Origin: a virus
Lineage: Duplodnaviria > Caudoviricetes
Virus record (IMG/VR): IMGVR_UViG_3300011335_000188
Coordinates: 1-36,074 of that record
Length of the DNA stretch: 36,074 nt
Direction: 5' to 3' (one strand)
Shown: positions 1 through 9,048 of the stretch, piece by piece
How positions within the stretch are numbered: the stretch's first letter is position 1
Layout of the letters: every line of letters starts with the position of its first letter
Position numbers and translations under genes: made by a program
The notes under the pieces: model-generated
What the model was told of the DNA's origin: nothing
The model's input: the letters and a program-made list of their open reading frames with translations, nothing else
The model's database searches: none

Positions 1-127
1 CCGCATGGATAAACAATTTGGGTCGTGCCCACATGGTATTGACCAAAGCACCCTATGAACAAAAAGTACAGATGTTTCATAGACTTGCACAAGATTATGG
101 AGTAAACTTAAATCAAAGTAACGAACC
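1..127. repeat. Terminal direct repeat, left copy (circular assembly overlap)
   Basis: ccgcatggataaac...caaagtaacgaacc is identical to 35948-36074. Confidence 0.95.
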
Positions 128-587
128 GCAACAACCAGTTGACGCATATACTCAACAGTTAATGCAACAACTTTATCAAGTTAATCAAGAGGTTAGCACG
201 ATAAAAGGGCGGTTTGAGATGGAAGAACAACAACGCTTGAACAATGAAATTGAGCGTGTTAGAAGTAACAAAGAGCGGTTTCCGCACTTTGATATGGTTA
301 GGGAAGAAATGGCTCAACTACTTGAGCTAGGTAAGGCCCAAGACCTTGAAACGGCTTACGCCAAAGCGGTGCGTATGAACGATGAAGCATGGACTATTGA
401 ACAGGAAAAACTCCTGAAACAAGCGACCACGCAAGCATCTAAGGCATCACAAGTAGCAAGAGCTAAAGCAACGGCTGTTAGCCCAAAATCCGTTACTCCT
501 AACGGAACACAAGCGAAAGTCGAAGCAAAGGACAGGCGTTCTCTATTGATGGCTCAAATGGCTGAAGCAGAGAGCGGTAGGCTTTAA
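3..587 (+). CDS. Capsid scaffolding protein, 3' part (gene starts at 35464 and crosses the join)
   Basis: Frame continues the ORF from ATG 35464; helical Q/E-rich; directly upstream of capsid gene. Confidence 0.75.
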   Translation, partial: AWINNLGRAHMVLTKAPYEQKVQMFHRLAQDYGVNLNQSNEPQQPVDAYTQQLMQQLYQVNQEVSTIKGRFEMEEQQRLNNEIERVRSNKERFPHFDMVREEMAQLLELGKAQDLETAYAKAVRMNDEAWTIEQEKLLKQATTQASKASQVARAKATAVSPKSVTPNGTQAKVEAKDRRSLLMAQMAEAESGRL

Positions 588-609
588 TTAACTTAAAAAA
601 GGAAATATC

Positions 610-1584
610 ATGGCATTTGCTAACTCAGCAATCACCGATATTATCGCTACCACCATTCAAAGTCGTAGCGGTGAATTGGCTGATAACTTAACGCAGAACA
701 ATGCGATTCTGCAAAGACTTAACTCAAAGGGTAATGTACGCCCATTCTCAGGCGGTAATGTGATTTTGGAAGAAATCATGTACAACGACCCCAACACCAA
801 CAACGCTAATTCGTATAGCGGTTACGAAGTATTGAACATTGCTCCTGATAGCCCAATCTCGGCTGCTCAGTTCAAGATTGCTCAATACGCTGCTGCTGTA
901 ACAATGAGCGGTTTAGAGATGCTCCAAAACTCAAGCAAAGAAGCAATCATTGATTTGTTAGATGGTCGTATGCAAGTTTCTGAAGCTCGTCTTTTGAACC
1001 GCATTTCAGGCGATTTGTATGGCGATGGACTTGGTAATGGCGGAAAAAATATTGACGGCTTGGCTGCCGCAGTAGCAGTTTCCCCATCCACAGGTACTTA
1101 TGGCGGTATCAATCGTGCCAACTGGACTTTCTGGCGTAACCAAGCAACTACTGGTCTAACCTCTACTAACACCCTTGCTAAGATGACTGAAGCAGCCATC
1201 AAGCAGGTTCGTGGTACAGACAAGGCTGACTTGTACATTGCTGGTAACACCACATATCAGTATTTTGTTGGTGCATTGCAAGCAATTCAGCGTATTACTA
1301 CCGAAGAATCAGGTGCAGCAGGTTTCGCATCCCTCAAGTTCTACGGCGGTGGTACATCTGCTGATGTAGTACTCGGTGGTGGTATTGGTCAACAAGAGAA
1401 TGACAACTATATGTATCTCTTGAACACCAACTACATTTTCTTCCGCCCACACAAAGAGCGTAATTTCGTACCTATCGGTGGTGAGCGTCAAGCCATCAAC
1501 CAAGATGCGATTGTTAAACTCTATGGTTGGGCAGGTAACTTAACCACCAGCAACGCTCAGTTGCAGGGTATTTTGACCACCTAA
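610..1584 (+). CDS. Major capsid protein
   Basis: 324 aa, AAGGA RBS, follows scaffold, precedes small decoration gene and terminator; phage capsid-like sequence. Confidence 0.85.
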   Translation: MAFANSAITDIIATTIQSRSGELADNLTQNNAILQRLNSKGNVRPFSGGNVILEEIMYNDPNTNNANSYSGYEVLNIAPDSPISAAQFKIAQYAAAVTMSGLEMLQNSSKEAIIDLLDGRMQVSEARLLNRISGDLYGDGLGNGGKNIDGLAAAVAVSPSTGTYGGINRANWTFWRNQATTGLTSTNTLAKMTEAAIKQVRGTDKADLYIAGNTTYQYFVGALQAIQRITTEESGAAGFASLKFYGGGTSADVVLGGGIGQQENDNYMYLLNTNYIFFRPHKERNFVPIGGERQAINQDAIVKLYGWAGNLTTSNAQLQGILTT

Positions 1585-1603
1585 TTAAGTAAAGGAAAGA
1601 ATC

Positions 1604-1909
1604 ATGGCTTACTCAACACTTCCTATTGCAGGAGTTGATTTAAATAGCGTTACACCTGACAGTTTTCAATATACAAACGGCACTACTGCCATTGACATCC
1701 CAGCGTTTGGCCCATTAGGGACTCAGACTTTTGGTAATGATGGCAAGCGTTATGTATTTGCTAAAGCTGGTGCAGCTATCGGTGCATCTACCGCAACTTG
1801 CTCTATCAACGCTTCTACATTTATTGCTTCCGCATCTGGTGGCACTTATGTATCAAGCGAGTCGATGGCAAGCGGTGATTTTGGTTGGTTTGCTGCTACT
1901 AGCGTCTAA
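1604..1909 (+). CDS. Putative capsid decoration/cement protein
   Basis: 101 aa Ala/Gly/Ser-rich beta protein (GNDGKRYVFAKAG...GDFGWF) right after capsid gene. Confidence 0.6.
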   Translation: MAYSTLPIAGVDLNSVTPDSFQYTNGTTAIDIPAFGPLGTQTFGNDGKRYVFAKAGAAIGASTATCSINASTFIASASGGTYVSSESMASGDFGWFAATSV

Positions 1910-1930
1910 TCAAAAATTGTAGTAAAAACA

Positions 1931-1971
1931 AGGGGCTATCTCGTAATGGGGTAGTCCCTTTTTCTTTTTTT
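1931..1971 (+). terminator. Intrinsic terminator after capsid operon
   Basis: AGGGGCTATCTC-GTAAT-GGGGTAGTCCCT stem (with G-U pairs) then TTTTCTTTTTTT. Confidence 0.85.
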
Positions 1972-2004
1972 AACCGCAGTATCCTAACCACTTGGGAGTT
2001 TTAA

Positions 2005-2649
2005 ATGATTGAAAGCGATAGCAGAGATGCAGATTCTCGTTTAGCAGTTAAGTTCTACAAACGGGCAATGAAACTAGAGCATGAATCCAACGAAGCTGGC
2101 AGACCCATATTCAAAGATTACGACTTTGTACGCATTATGGTTGCTGGTGACACCCTAACCGAAATTGACACCTATGCACAGGAAAGCCATAAACATCGTT
2201 TCCCTAAGCAATGGCTTCAATATCAGGCTACCCAAGACTCTAGTAGCGAAATGATAGGAACACCTGTAGAGGAGTGGACTTTAATTAGCCAATCCCAAGC
2301 CCAAGAGCTACGGGGCATTAAGTTTATGACTGTCGAATCGATTGCTAACGCATCGGATTTACAACTGCAACGCATCGGTATGATTGCTGGTATGTCACCC
2401 CACGCCTTTAGGGATAAGGCTAGGACTTTCCTAAACCTTGCCGAAGAAACCGCAGAAGCCACAAAACGCACAGAAGAAATTAATCAGTTAAAGCAAGAAC
2501 TTGCCAAAAAAGACGAGGAAACTGCTAAAATTAAGGCTGAAACTGATGCGAAGCTCGCCTTAATGCAAGAACAAATGGCGACTATACTTGCGGCAGTTGG
2601 TGAAAAGAAACCCCGCAAAAAGAAAGCGGAATCCGTAGAGGAAGCCTAA
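2005..2649 (+). CDS. Hypothetical phage protein (HhH-like segment, C-terminal coiled coil)
   Basis: 214 aa, GGGAG RBS; LRGIKFMTVESIANASD resembles a helix-hairpin-helix. Confidence 0.65.
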   Translation: MIESDSRDADSRLAVKFYKRAMKLEHESNEAGRPIFKDYDFVRIMVAGDTLTEIDTYAQESHKHRFPKQWLQYQATQDSSSEMIGTPVEEWTLISQSQAQELRGIKFMTVESIANASDLQLQRIGMIAGMSPHAFRDKARTFLNLAEETAEATKRTEEINQLKQELAKKDEETAKIKAETDAKLALMQEQMATILAAVGEKKPRKKKAESVEEA

Positions 2650-2652
2650 ACT

Positions 2653-3570
2653 ATGTCATCAACGATGCTCCAACTTGTGCAACAGACCACTAGCGAGTTA
2701 AACCTTGCTATTCCTACCTATGTTGCGGGTAATACTAATCAGGATGTTCAACAGGTTTTAGCCCTTATGAATCGTCAAGGCTATGACTTGGTTAAGGAAT
2801 ATGATTGGCAAGCCTTACAGTTGGAGTATCGGTTTTACACCGATGCAGTCACCTTTGTAGGGGCTACAGTTAGCGACCAAAGCTATAACATTATTGTTAC
2901 TGGTGACGCTACCGCCCTTAATAGCAATTATTCCATTACAGGCACAGGAATTAACCAAGACACCTATGTGTCGTCTGTAACCTATAACGGCACGACCTCG
3001 ACTATTGTGATGAGCCAGTTGGCTAGTGGTACATACGCAGGCGTGACTTTTACCTTTTCACAGACCAAATATCCGTTACCCCCTGACTTTGAAACCATTA
3101 CGGACAATACTCATTGGGATAAGACGAAACATTGGCAGATGCTTGGCCCTGAAGATGCCCAACAATGGCAATGGCTAAAGTCGGGTTACATCTCAACAGG
3201 CCCACGCATTAGGTGGCGTATTTTAGGCAATAAGTTCCAAATTTGGCCACCATATAACACACAAGAGTATTTAGGTTTTGAATACCGCTCAAAGGGTTGG
3301 GCTAGAAGTGCTACCGACCAAGTTAAGAACAGCTTTACGGCTGATACCGACACGACCATATTTGACGATACAGTTATGGTTTTAGGTACAAAACTTAAGT
3401 ATTTCCAAATCAAAGGATTTGATACTACTGCATTGCAACAAGACTATTTCCGCTATCTAAATGTCGCTAAAGCCAACGATAAAGGCTCTGCCAATCTGTC
3501 GTTTGCACCCTACCCAACGAAGGTGCTTATCGGTTACGCAAACATCCCAGACACTGGCTATGGGACTTAA
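2653..3570 (+). CDS. Head-tail adaptor (tail tubular protein A-like)
   Basis: 305 aa, between capsid and nozzle genes; helical N-terminus and YDWQAL motif. Confidence 0.65.
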   Translation: MSSTMLQLVQQTTSELNLAIPTYVAGNTNQDVQQVLALMNRQGYDLVKEYDWQALQLEYRFYTDAVTFVGATVSDQSYNIIVTGDATALNSNYSITGTGINQDTYVSSVTYNGTTSTIVMSQLASGTYAGVTFTFSQTKYPLPPDFETITDNTHWDKTKHWQMLGPEDAQQWQWLKSGYISTGPRIRWRILGNKFQIWPPYNTQEYLGFEYRSKGWARSATDQVKNSFTADTDTTIFDDTVMVLGTKLKYFQIKGFDTTALQQDYFRYLNVAKANDKGSANLSFAPYPTKVLIGYANIPDTGYGT

Positions 3571-4049
3571 TGATGTTTCCATCGAGTGCCATTTTTAATT
3601 CGACTTATAAGGCTTTGTTTTACGCCATATTCTTCCGCAATAATGCGTTGAATTCTATTGTCCTTACGAATGGCATCAACTTGAAATTGTTTCAATTTAG
3701 CCCAATTACAGCGTTCTCCACTATTACTGGTGTTATGTCCAAACTTATCAAGAATGTTATTTTTGTGAGTATCCCAACGCAAATTTTCAACATGGTTGTT
3801 GAAAGAATTTCCATCGTTATGGCAACCTTCCATTCCTTCAGGGCAAACACTAACAAATGCTTCAAGAACAAGTTTATGTGGTTTTCGAATATATGGCTTG
3901 TTTTCTTTCCAAAGGTTTACAAAAGGTCGATTAAGTTTTTTATCAACGCTAATTTTTTTAAGTTTTTTCTTTTTAAAGGAACGAACATTTCCATGATTAG
4001 AAACTTCATACAAACCTTTAAATCCAACAACATCACGCCATTCTTCCAT
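3567..4049 (-). CDS. NUMOD4-HNH homing endonuclease
   Basis: EEWRDVVGFKGLYEVSNHGNVRS (NUMOD4), HKLVLEAF, CHNDGNSFNNHVENLRW (HNH); ATG 4049 with GGAG RBS; antisense inside late operon. Confidence 0.9.
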   Translation of the reverse strand: MEEWRDVVGFKGLYEVSNHGNVRSFKKKKLKKISVDKKLNRPFVNLWKENKPYIRKPHKLVLEAFVSVCPEGMEGCHNDGNSFNNHVENLRWDTHKNNILDKFGHNTSNSGERCNWAKLKQFQVDAIRKDNRIQRIIAEEYGVKQSLISRIKNGTRWKHH

Positions 4050-4086
4050 AAGAATCTCCGTTATCACAATATGGGGATATTATAAC

Positions 4087-5856
4087 ATGGCTGTAGCTCA
4101 ACAAAGACGGGCAGTTACAGCTTCCTTACCAGCCCCTATTGGTGGTTGGAACGCAAGGGATTCTTTGGCAGAAATGAACCCACTCGATGCGGTTCAAATG
4201 GTCAACTTCTTCCCTACGCCTACGGATGTAACCCTTAGAAAAGGCTATTCAAAGTATTCAACAGGCATTACTGGGGTTGTTTTATCCCTAATGAATTACT
4301 CTAGCCCAACGACTACTAAGTTGTTTGCTTCTACGGCTACCATTATTTATGATGCAAGCACCTCAACGGCTACCTCAAGCCTGACAGGTAACACCGATGG
4401 CAAGTGGATTCACGCCATGATTACGACTGCTGGTGGCTCGTTTATGCCTGCTGTCAACGGGGTTGACCCAATGGTTGTTTATGATGGTACAAGGTGGTCA
4501 AGAAGTGCTACAACAGCTACAGCACAGACTATTTCTACGATTACTAGGGGTGGCACAGGCAATTTAACCGCTACCCTAACAACTGCAAGTGCCCATAACC
4601 TCGTTACAGGTAACACCATAACAGTCGCAGGGGCGATACCTGCTGAATTTAACGGAACTTACCGCATTACTGTAACGGGTGGCTCGACCCTCACCTATAC
4701 GATGGCGACTGCCCCAAGCGGTAATGCAACCATAGTAGGCACTTACACCATTAATTACTACATAACTGGTAAAAACTCTAATACATTTGCCTATGTAAAC
4801 TTGTTTAAAGAGCGTTTGTACTTTGTAGAGAAGAACAGCCTGTCTTTTTGGTACTTGCCTGTTGACTCCATTAACGGGGCAGTAACCGAATTTCCTCTTG
4901 GTGGCATCTTTAAAAAAGGTGGCTATTTACAAGCAATGGGAACTTGGACTATTGATGCTGGTTACGGGGTCGATGACCTAGCTGTATTCGTTACCAGTAA
5001 CGGAGAAGTCGCTGTTTACAAGGGTTCTGACCCATCTAACCCTAATGATTGGGCTTTAGTAGGTATTTGGAACATCGGACAGACTTTTGCTCGTAAATGC
5101 GTCTTTAAATATGGTGGCGACATCCTACTTTTGACCGAAGATGGTCTAGTTCCCCTATCGGCAGGCTTGCAATCCACCCGTTTAGACCCACGAGTTAACA
5201 TTACCGATAAGATTTTCTACGCTATTAGCCAAGCGGCTGACTTTTATGCCCAAAACTACGGCTGGCAAATCAATTACTTTGCTAAACACAATATGTTAAT
5301 CGTCAATGTCCCCGTAACAGGGGGGTCTGAGCAGTATGTCATGCACAACATTACTAAATCATGGGGAAGATTTACTAATTTAAACGCTAATTGTTGGGAA
5401 TCTAGCGGTGACGATATGTATTTTGGTGGAACTGGCTTTGTAGGCAAGTTTTACGACACTTTTGCCGATGCAGGGACTAATATTAAGGGCTTTGTACAAC
5501 AAGCCTACTCTTATTTCGAGTCTAGGGGACAGCAAAAACGCTTTACCTTAGTACGCCCTATCCTACAGACCGATAACGGCTTACCGACTGTTTTATGCGG
5601 TTTAAGCACCGATTTTGATACAGTCGAATTGACTAGCCAAATATCCTTTAACCCCGCCATCCTACAAACGGGTGAATGGGACTTAGATACATGGGATAAC
5701 GCCAACTGGGGCGGTGGTTTAGTGGTCACTAAAGTATGGCAAGGCGTGACAGGATTAGGCTATGCAGGCTCAGTTAGTATGAATGTGGCATCGCAAGGCA
5801 TTGAGTTTCATTGGGCATCAACCGACTTTGTAATGGAGCGTGGCGGGGTACTGTGA
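4087..5856 (+). CDS. Tail nozzle / P22 gp10-like DNA stabilisation protein
   Basis: 589 aa beta-rich, LPAPIGGWN N-terminus, position after adaptor. Confidence 0.75.
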   Translation: MAVAQQRRAVTASLPAPIGGWNARDSLAEMNPLDAVQMVNFFPTPTDVTLRKGYSKYSTGITGVVLSLMNYSSPTTTKLFASTATIIYDASTSTATSSLTGNTDGKWIHAMITTAGGSFMPAVNGVDPMVVYDGTRWSRSATTATAQTISTITRGGTGNLTATLTTASAHNLVTGNTITVAGAIPAEFNGTYRITVTGGSTLTYTMATAPSGNATIVGTYTINYYITGKNSNTFAYVNLFKERLYFVEKNSLSFWYLPVDSINGAVTEFPLGGIFKKGGYLQAMGTWTIDAGYGVDDLAVFVTSNGEVAVYKGSDPSNPNDWALVGIWNIGQTFARKCVFKYGGDILLLTEDGLVPLSAGLQSTRLDPRVNITDKIFYAISQAADFYAQNYGWQINYFAKHNMLIVNVPVTGGSEQYVMHNITKSWGRFTNLNANCWESSGDDMYFGGTGFVGKFYDTFADAGTNIKGFVQQAYSYFESRGQQKRFTLVRPILQTDNGLPTVLCGLSTDFDTVELTSQISFNPAILQTGEWDLDTWDNANWGGGLVVTKVWQGVTGLGYAGSVSMNVASQGIEFHWASTDFVMERGGVL

Positions 5857-6287
5857 GGACTGTTACTACTGAAAATCAGCGATATTTGGGGGAATGGCTG
5901 GTTCGAATACTTAACTTTCCCCTACCTGAAACCACCCAATGTATTGGGCAGGTAAAAGACGGCAATCTGGTAGCGGTGGCAGGATATACCAACTTTATGC
6001 CAAAGGCTTGTGAAATACATATTGGTAGTGTTGGTGAGCATTGGGCTAGTAAAGATTTTATATGGGCGGTATTTGATTACCCCTTTAATAAACTTGGAGT
6101 TAGCGTTATACTAGGGCAAATTTGTGCTGATAACACAGATGCCCTAAAGTTAAACCGACATTTGGGCTTTAAGGTTGTAGCTGAAATACCTGATGCCCAC
6201 ATGAGTGGTGATTTGGTGATTATGGCTATGAGAAAAGAGGAGTGTCGGTTTCTTAACATCCGATGCTCTTTAAACAAGGGAGAATAG
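5853..6287 (+). CDS. GNAT-fold acetyltransferase (virion morphogenesis)
   Basis: NTDALKLNRHLGFK GNAT motif; GTG 5853 overlaps upstream TGA; usual slot between nozzle and ejection genes. Confidence 0.75.
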   Translation: MRTVTTENQRYLGEWLVRILNFPLPETTQCIGQVKDGNLVAVAGYTNFMPKACEIHIGSVGEHWASKDFIWAVFDYPFNKLGVSVILGQICADNTDALKLNRHLGFKVVAEIPDAHMSGDLVIMAMRKEECRFLNIRCSLNKGE

Positions 6288-6288
6288 T

Positions 6289-7347
6289 ATGGGTGGTGGT
6301 GGATTTTTAGGATTAGGGCCTGCTCCAAGTGCACCTGCCGCACCTGATTACAGGGCTGCTGCACAAGAAACTGCGGCTGGTAATTTAGAAGCCGCTAGAC
6401 AAGCAACTGCGGCTAACCGAGTCAATCAAGTTACGCCTTATGGCAATCTTAGTTACGCTATTACTGGCTCTGACCCCTACGGCAATCCTACATGGACTGC
6501 TACACAAACCTTAAGCCCCGCCCAACAACAACTTTTAGATTATCAAAACCAAACAAGTCTTGGATTAGGCAAACTTGCTGGTCAAGGACTAGGCTATGTT
6601 GAGAATATGCTCAACACCCCGTTTGATACAAGCAAATTGCCATCGACAGGCTTTAATCCTAGTCAGTCGTACCAAGAAGCCTATATGCAACGGCTTGCCC
6701 CCCAATTACAAATGGGGCGTGAGCAATTAGCACAAGACTTAGCCAACAAAGGCATTGATATTGGCTCTAAGGCTTATGAGAACGCTATGCGTATGCAAGC
6801 CCAAAGAGAAAACGACCTATTGTTAGGTGCTACAACTCAAGGTTTTGGCGTTGGTCAACAAGCCCGTCAGACTGCTTTGCAAGAGCAAGCCTACCTCAGA
6901 AACGAGCCATTAAACACTTTATCTGCGGTGCGTACAGGGGCACAGGTGCAAGGCCCACAATTTGTTAATTCTGCCCAACAAGCTACTACCGCAGGCCCTG
7001 ACATACTAGGTGCTGCACAGATGGGATACAACGCCCAAATGGGTGACTTTAACGCCAAACAAGCCGCCCAAGCTAACCTTAATCAAGGTTTATTTAGTTT
7101 AGGCGGTGCTGCAATGATGGGATTTTCTGATATTAGATTAAAAGAAAACATTAAAGCAATCGGTGTAATGGATAACGGCTTGACCTTGTATAGCTTTGAA
7201 TACAAAGATGAAATTAAGTCACACCCATTAGCAGGTGATGGTGTCCATGTTGGAGTCATGGCACAAGAAGTAGAGCAAGTATTCCCTTATGCAGTTAGAA
7301 CCCTCGATGACGGCTATAAAGTCGTAGATTACGGACTATTACCATGA
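6289..7347 (+). CDS. Internal virion/ejection protein with C-terminal peptidase S74-like chaperone domain
   Basis: Gln/Ala/Gly-rich body; FSDIRLKENIK...LYSFEYK...GVMAQEVEQVFP...VDY. Confidence 0.75.
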   Translation: MGGGGFLGLGPAPSAPAAPDYRAAAQETAAGNLEAARQATAANRVNQVTPYGNLSYAITGSDPYGNPTWTATQTLSPAQQQLLDYQNQTSLGLGKLAGQGLGYVENMLNTPFDTSKLPSTGFNPSQSYQEAYMQRLAPQLQMGREQLAQDLANKGIDIGSKAYENAMRMQAQRENDLLLGATTQGFGVGQQARQTALQEQAYLRNEPLNTLSAVRTGAQVQGPQFVNSAQQATTAGPDILGAAQMGYNAQMGDFNAKQAAQANLNQGLFSLGGAAMMGFSDIRLKENIKAIGVMDNGLTLYSFEYKDEIKSHPLAGDGVHVGVMAQEVEQVFPYAVRTLDDGYKVVDYGLLP

Positions 7348-7694
7348 ATATGTACAACCCATACATTCAACAAATGCCACAAACCCAAGACTTAGGTGGG
7401 TTAAGCCCGTACTATCAAAACATAGCAAATCAACAAGCTATGCAAAACGCTGCCATGCAACAGGCTCAAGGGCTAACGCAAGATGCAGGGCGTACAGTAC
7501 AAGGCGGTATGAATCCGATGGCTATGGCTATGATGTTACGCAAAAAACCAAATCAACAAGACATTAATGCTAGTGATGTGCAAATGGGCGGTATGGGAAC
7601 TTATAACCCATATACCCAATACAATGTGTCTAACACTTATGGTACTAACCCATATTCGCAACAAAGCAGAATGTTAGCGTCACAGGAGTTTTAA
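7344..7694 (+). CDS. Small internal virion protein
   Basis: 116 aa Gln/Met-rich, ATGA coupling with upstream gene. Confidence 0.6.
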   Translation: MNMYNPYIQQMPQTQDLGGLSPYYQNIANQQAMQNAAMQQAQGLTQDAGRTVQGGMNPMAMAMMLRKKPNQQDINASDVQMGGMGTYNPYTQYNVSNTYGTNPYSQQSRMLASQEF

Positions 7695-7695
7695 T

Positions 7696-9048
7696 ATGGC
7701 TCAACAAATGCCCATGATTAATGTAGGCGGTAACTTACCACCCGAAATCCTACAGCAACAACAAGCCCTAAATCGCCAACAGCAGATGGCTCAAATGCTG
7801 ATGCAACAGGGTCAGGCTATGCCGTCAGGACAGATGGTAAGTGGTCGTTATGTTGCACCTAGCTTTTTTCAATACGCAGCCCCTTTATTGCAAACTTATG
7901 CAGGTACACGCCTAGCAGAAAAAGGCGACAAAGCTGCCCTAGATTTGGCTACAAAATTGCGTGAAACACAAAGTAAAGAAATTGAGCAGTTTGGTGAGTT
8001 AATGAAAACTGACCCTGCTGCTGCGTATCGTCTTGCTGCACAATCTTATGTGCCTGAATTAAGAGCTACTGGCGTTAAGAAAATGATGCCTGAAGATATA
8101 ACGCTTGGCGAAGGTCAAAAACGATTTATGGTAATGCCTGACGGCTCAACTCGTGTTGTGGCACAAGGCGAAGAAAAATATCGTGCCCCTATTAGTGTAG
8201 ATACAGGCTCAAGAGTTGAATTGCGTGACCCTCGTGACCCAACCAAAGTATTACAAGTAATACCTAAATCTATTAATCCTGCTGATGCAATTAGGATGCA
8301 ATTTGAAGGTATGAATGTTGGCGGTATGCCAAACATGGGTGGACAGCCTAATGTTTCTGCACAAGGTGGCACAACACCACAAGTTAAAGGCGTAGATGAA
8401 AAGTTTGTGCCTGTTGTAATGCCACAATATCAATACAATCCACAACTTAGCCCTAAACAAAACCAAGAACTATCGCTTAAATTTAATGAAAAGAATTTAA
8501 ATAACATAAACAATGCTAAAGATTCGTTTGATTATTTAAAGCAAGCTGCTCAAATATTGGCAACTAATAAACCAAGTTCAGGTCGTTTAGAAAACATTGT
8601 AACTGGCACTAGAGAGTTTTTTGGTGGCGGTGGAGAAGCGTCTAAAACAGACGCACAACTTAATGTTTTGGCTGGTGGTTTAACGATGAAACAACCACGA
8701 TTTGAAGGCCCACAAGGCGTTCTTGATGTTCAGTTATATCAAAAACTTGCTGGTGATGTAGGCAATCCAAATGTACCTATTGCTTCTCGTTTGGGTGCAA
8801 TCGAACAAATGATTGGTTTGCAAAAGAAATATTATCCAAACGCTGATTGGGAAAGTATTGATATTTCAGGCCCTGTTGTTAAAAAGAATGTACTTGGTGG
8901 CACAAGAGGTTTAGGTGCTAAAACTATGTCGCCTACTGAATTTAAACAAAATTTAGCACCACAAGACAAAGAAGCATTTGAATGGGCGACCAAGAATCCT
9001 AATGACCCACGCTCTGCACAAATTAAAAAGCGTTTAGGAGTTGAGTAA
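7696..9048 (+). CDS. DNA ejection/transfer protein
   Basis: 450 aa helical Gln-rich protein in ejection cluster. Confidence 0.6.
   Translation: MAQQMPMINVGGNLPPEILQQQQALNRQQQMAQMLMQQGQAMPSGQMVSGRYVAPSFFQYAAPLLQTYAGTRLAEKGDKAALDLATKLRETQSKEIEQFGELMKTDPAAAYRLAAQSYVPELRATGVKKMMPEDITLGEGQKRFMVMPDGSTRVVAQGEEKYRAPISVDTGSRVELRDPRDPTKVLQVIPKSINPADAIRMQFEGMNVGGMPNMGGQPNVSAQGGTTPQVKGVDEKFVPVVMPQYQYNPQLSPKQNQELSLKFNEKNLNNINNAKDSFDYLKQAAQILATNKPSSGRLENIVTGTREFFGGGGEASKTDAQLNVLAGGLTMKQPRFEGPQGVLDVQLYQKLAGDVGNPNVPIASRLGAIEQMIGLQKKYYPNADWESIDISGPVVKKNVLGGTRGLGAKTMSPTEFKQNLAPQDKEAFEWATKNPNDPRSAQIKKRLGVE

Noticed and set aside
18-587. Stand-alone 189-aa gene starting at TTG 18
   Set aside because: It is the 3' part of the scaffold gene starting at 35464
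3570-4085. 171-aa plus-strand ORF
   Set aside because: Antisense shadow of the NUMOD4-HNH gene with no recognisable motifs
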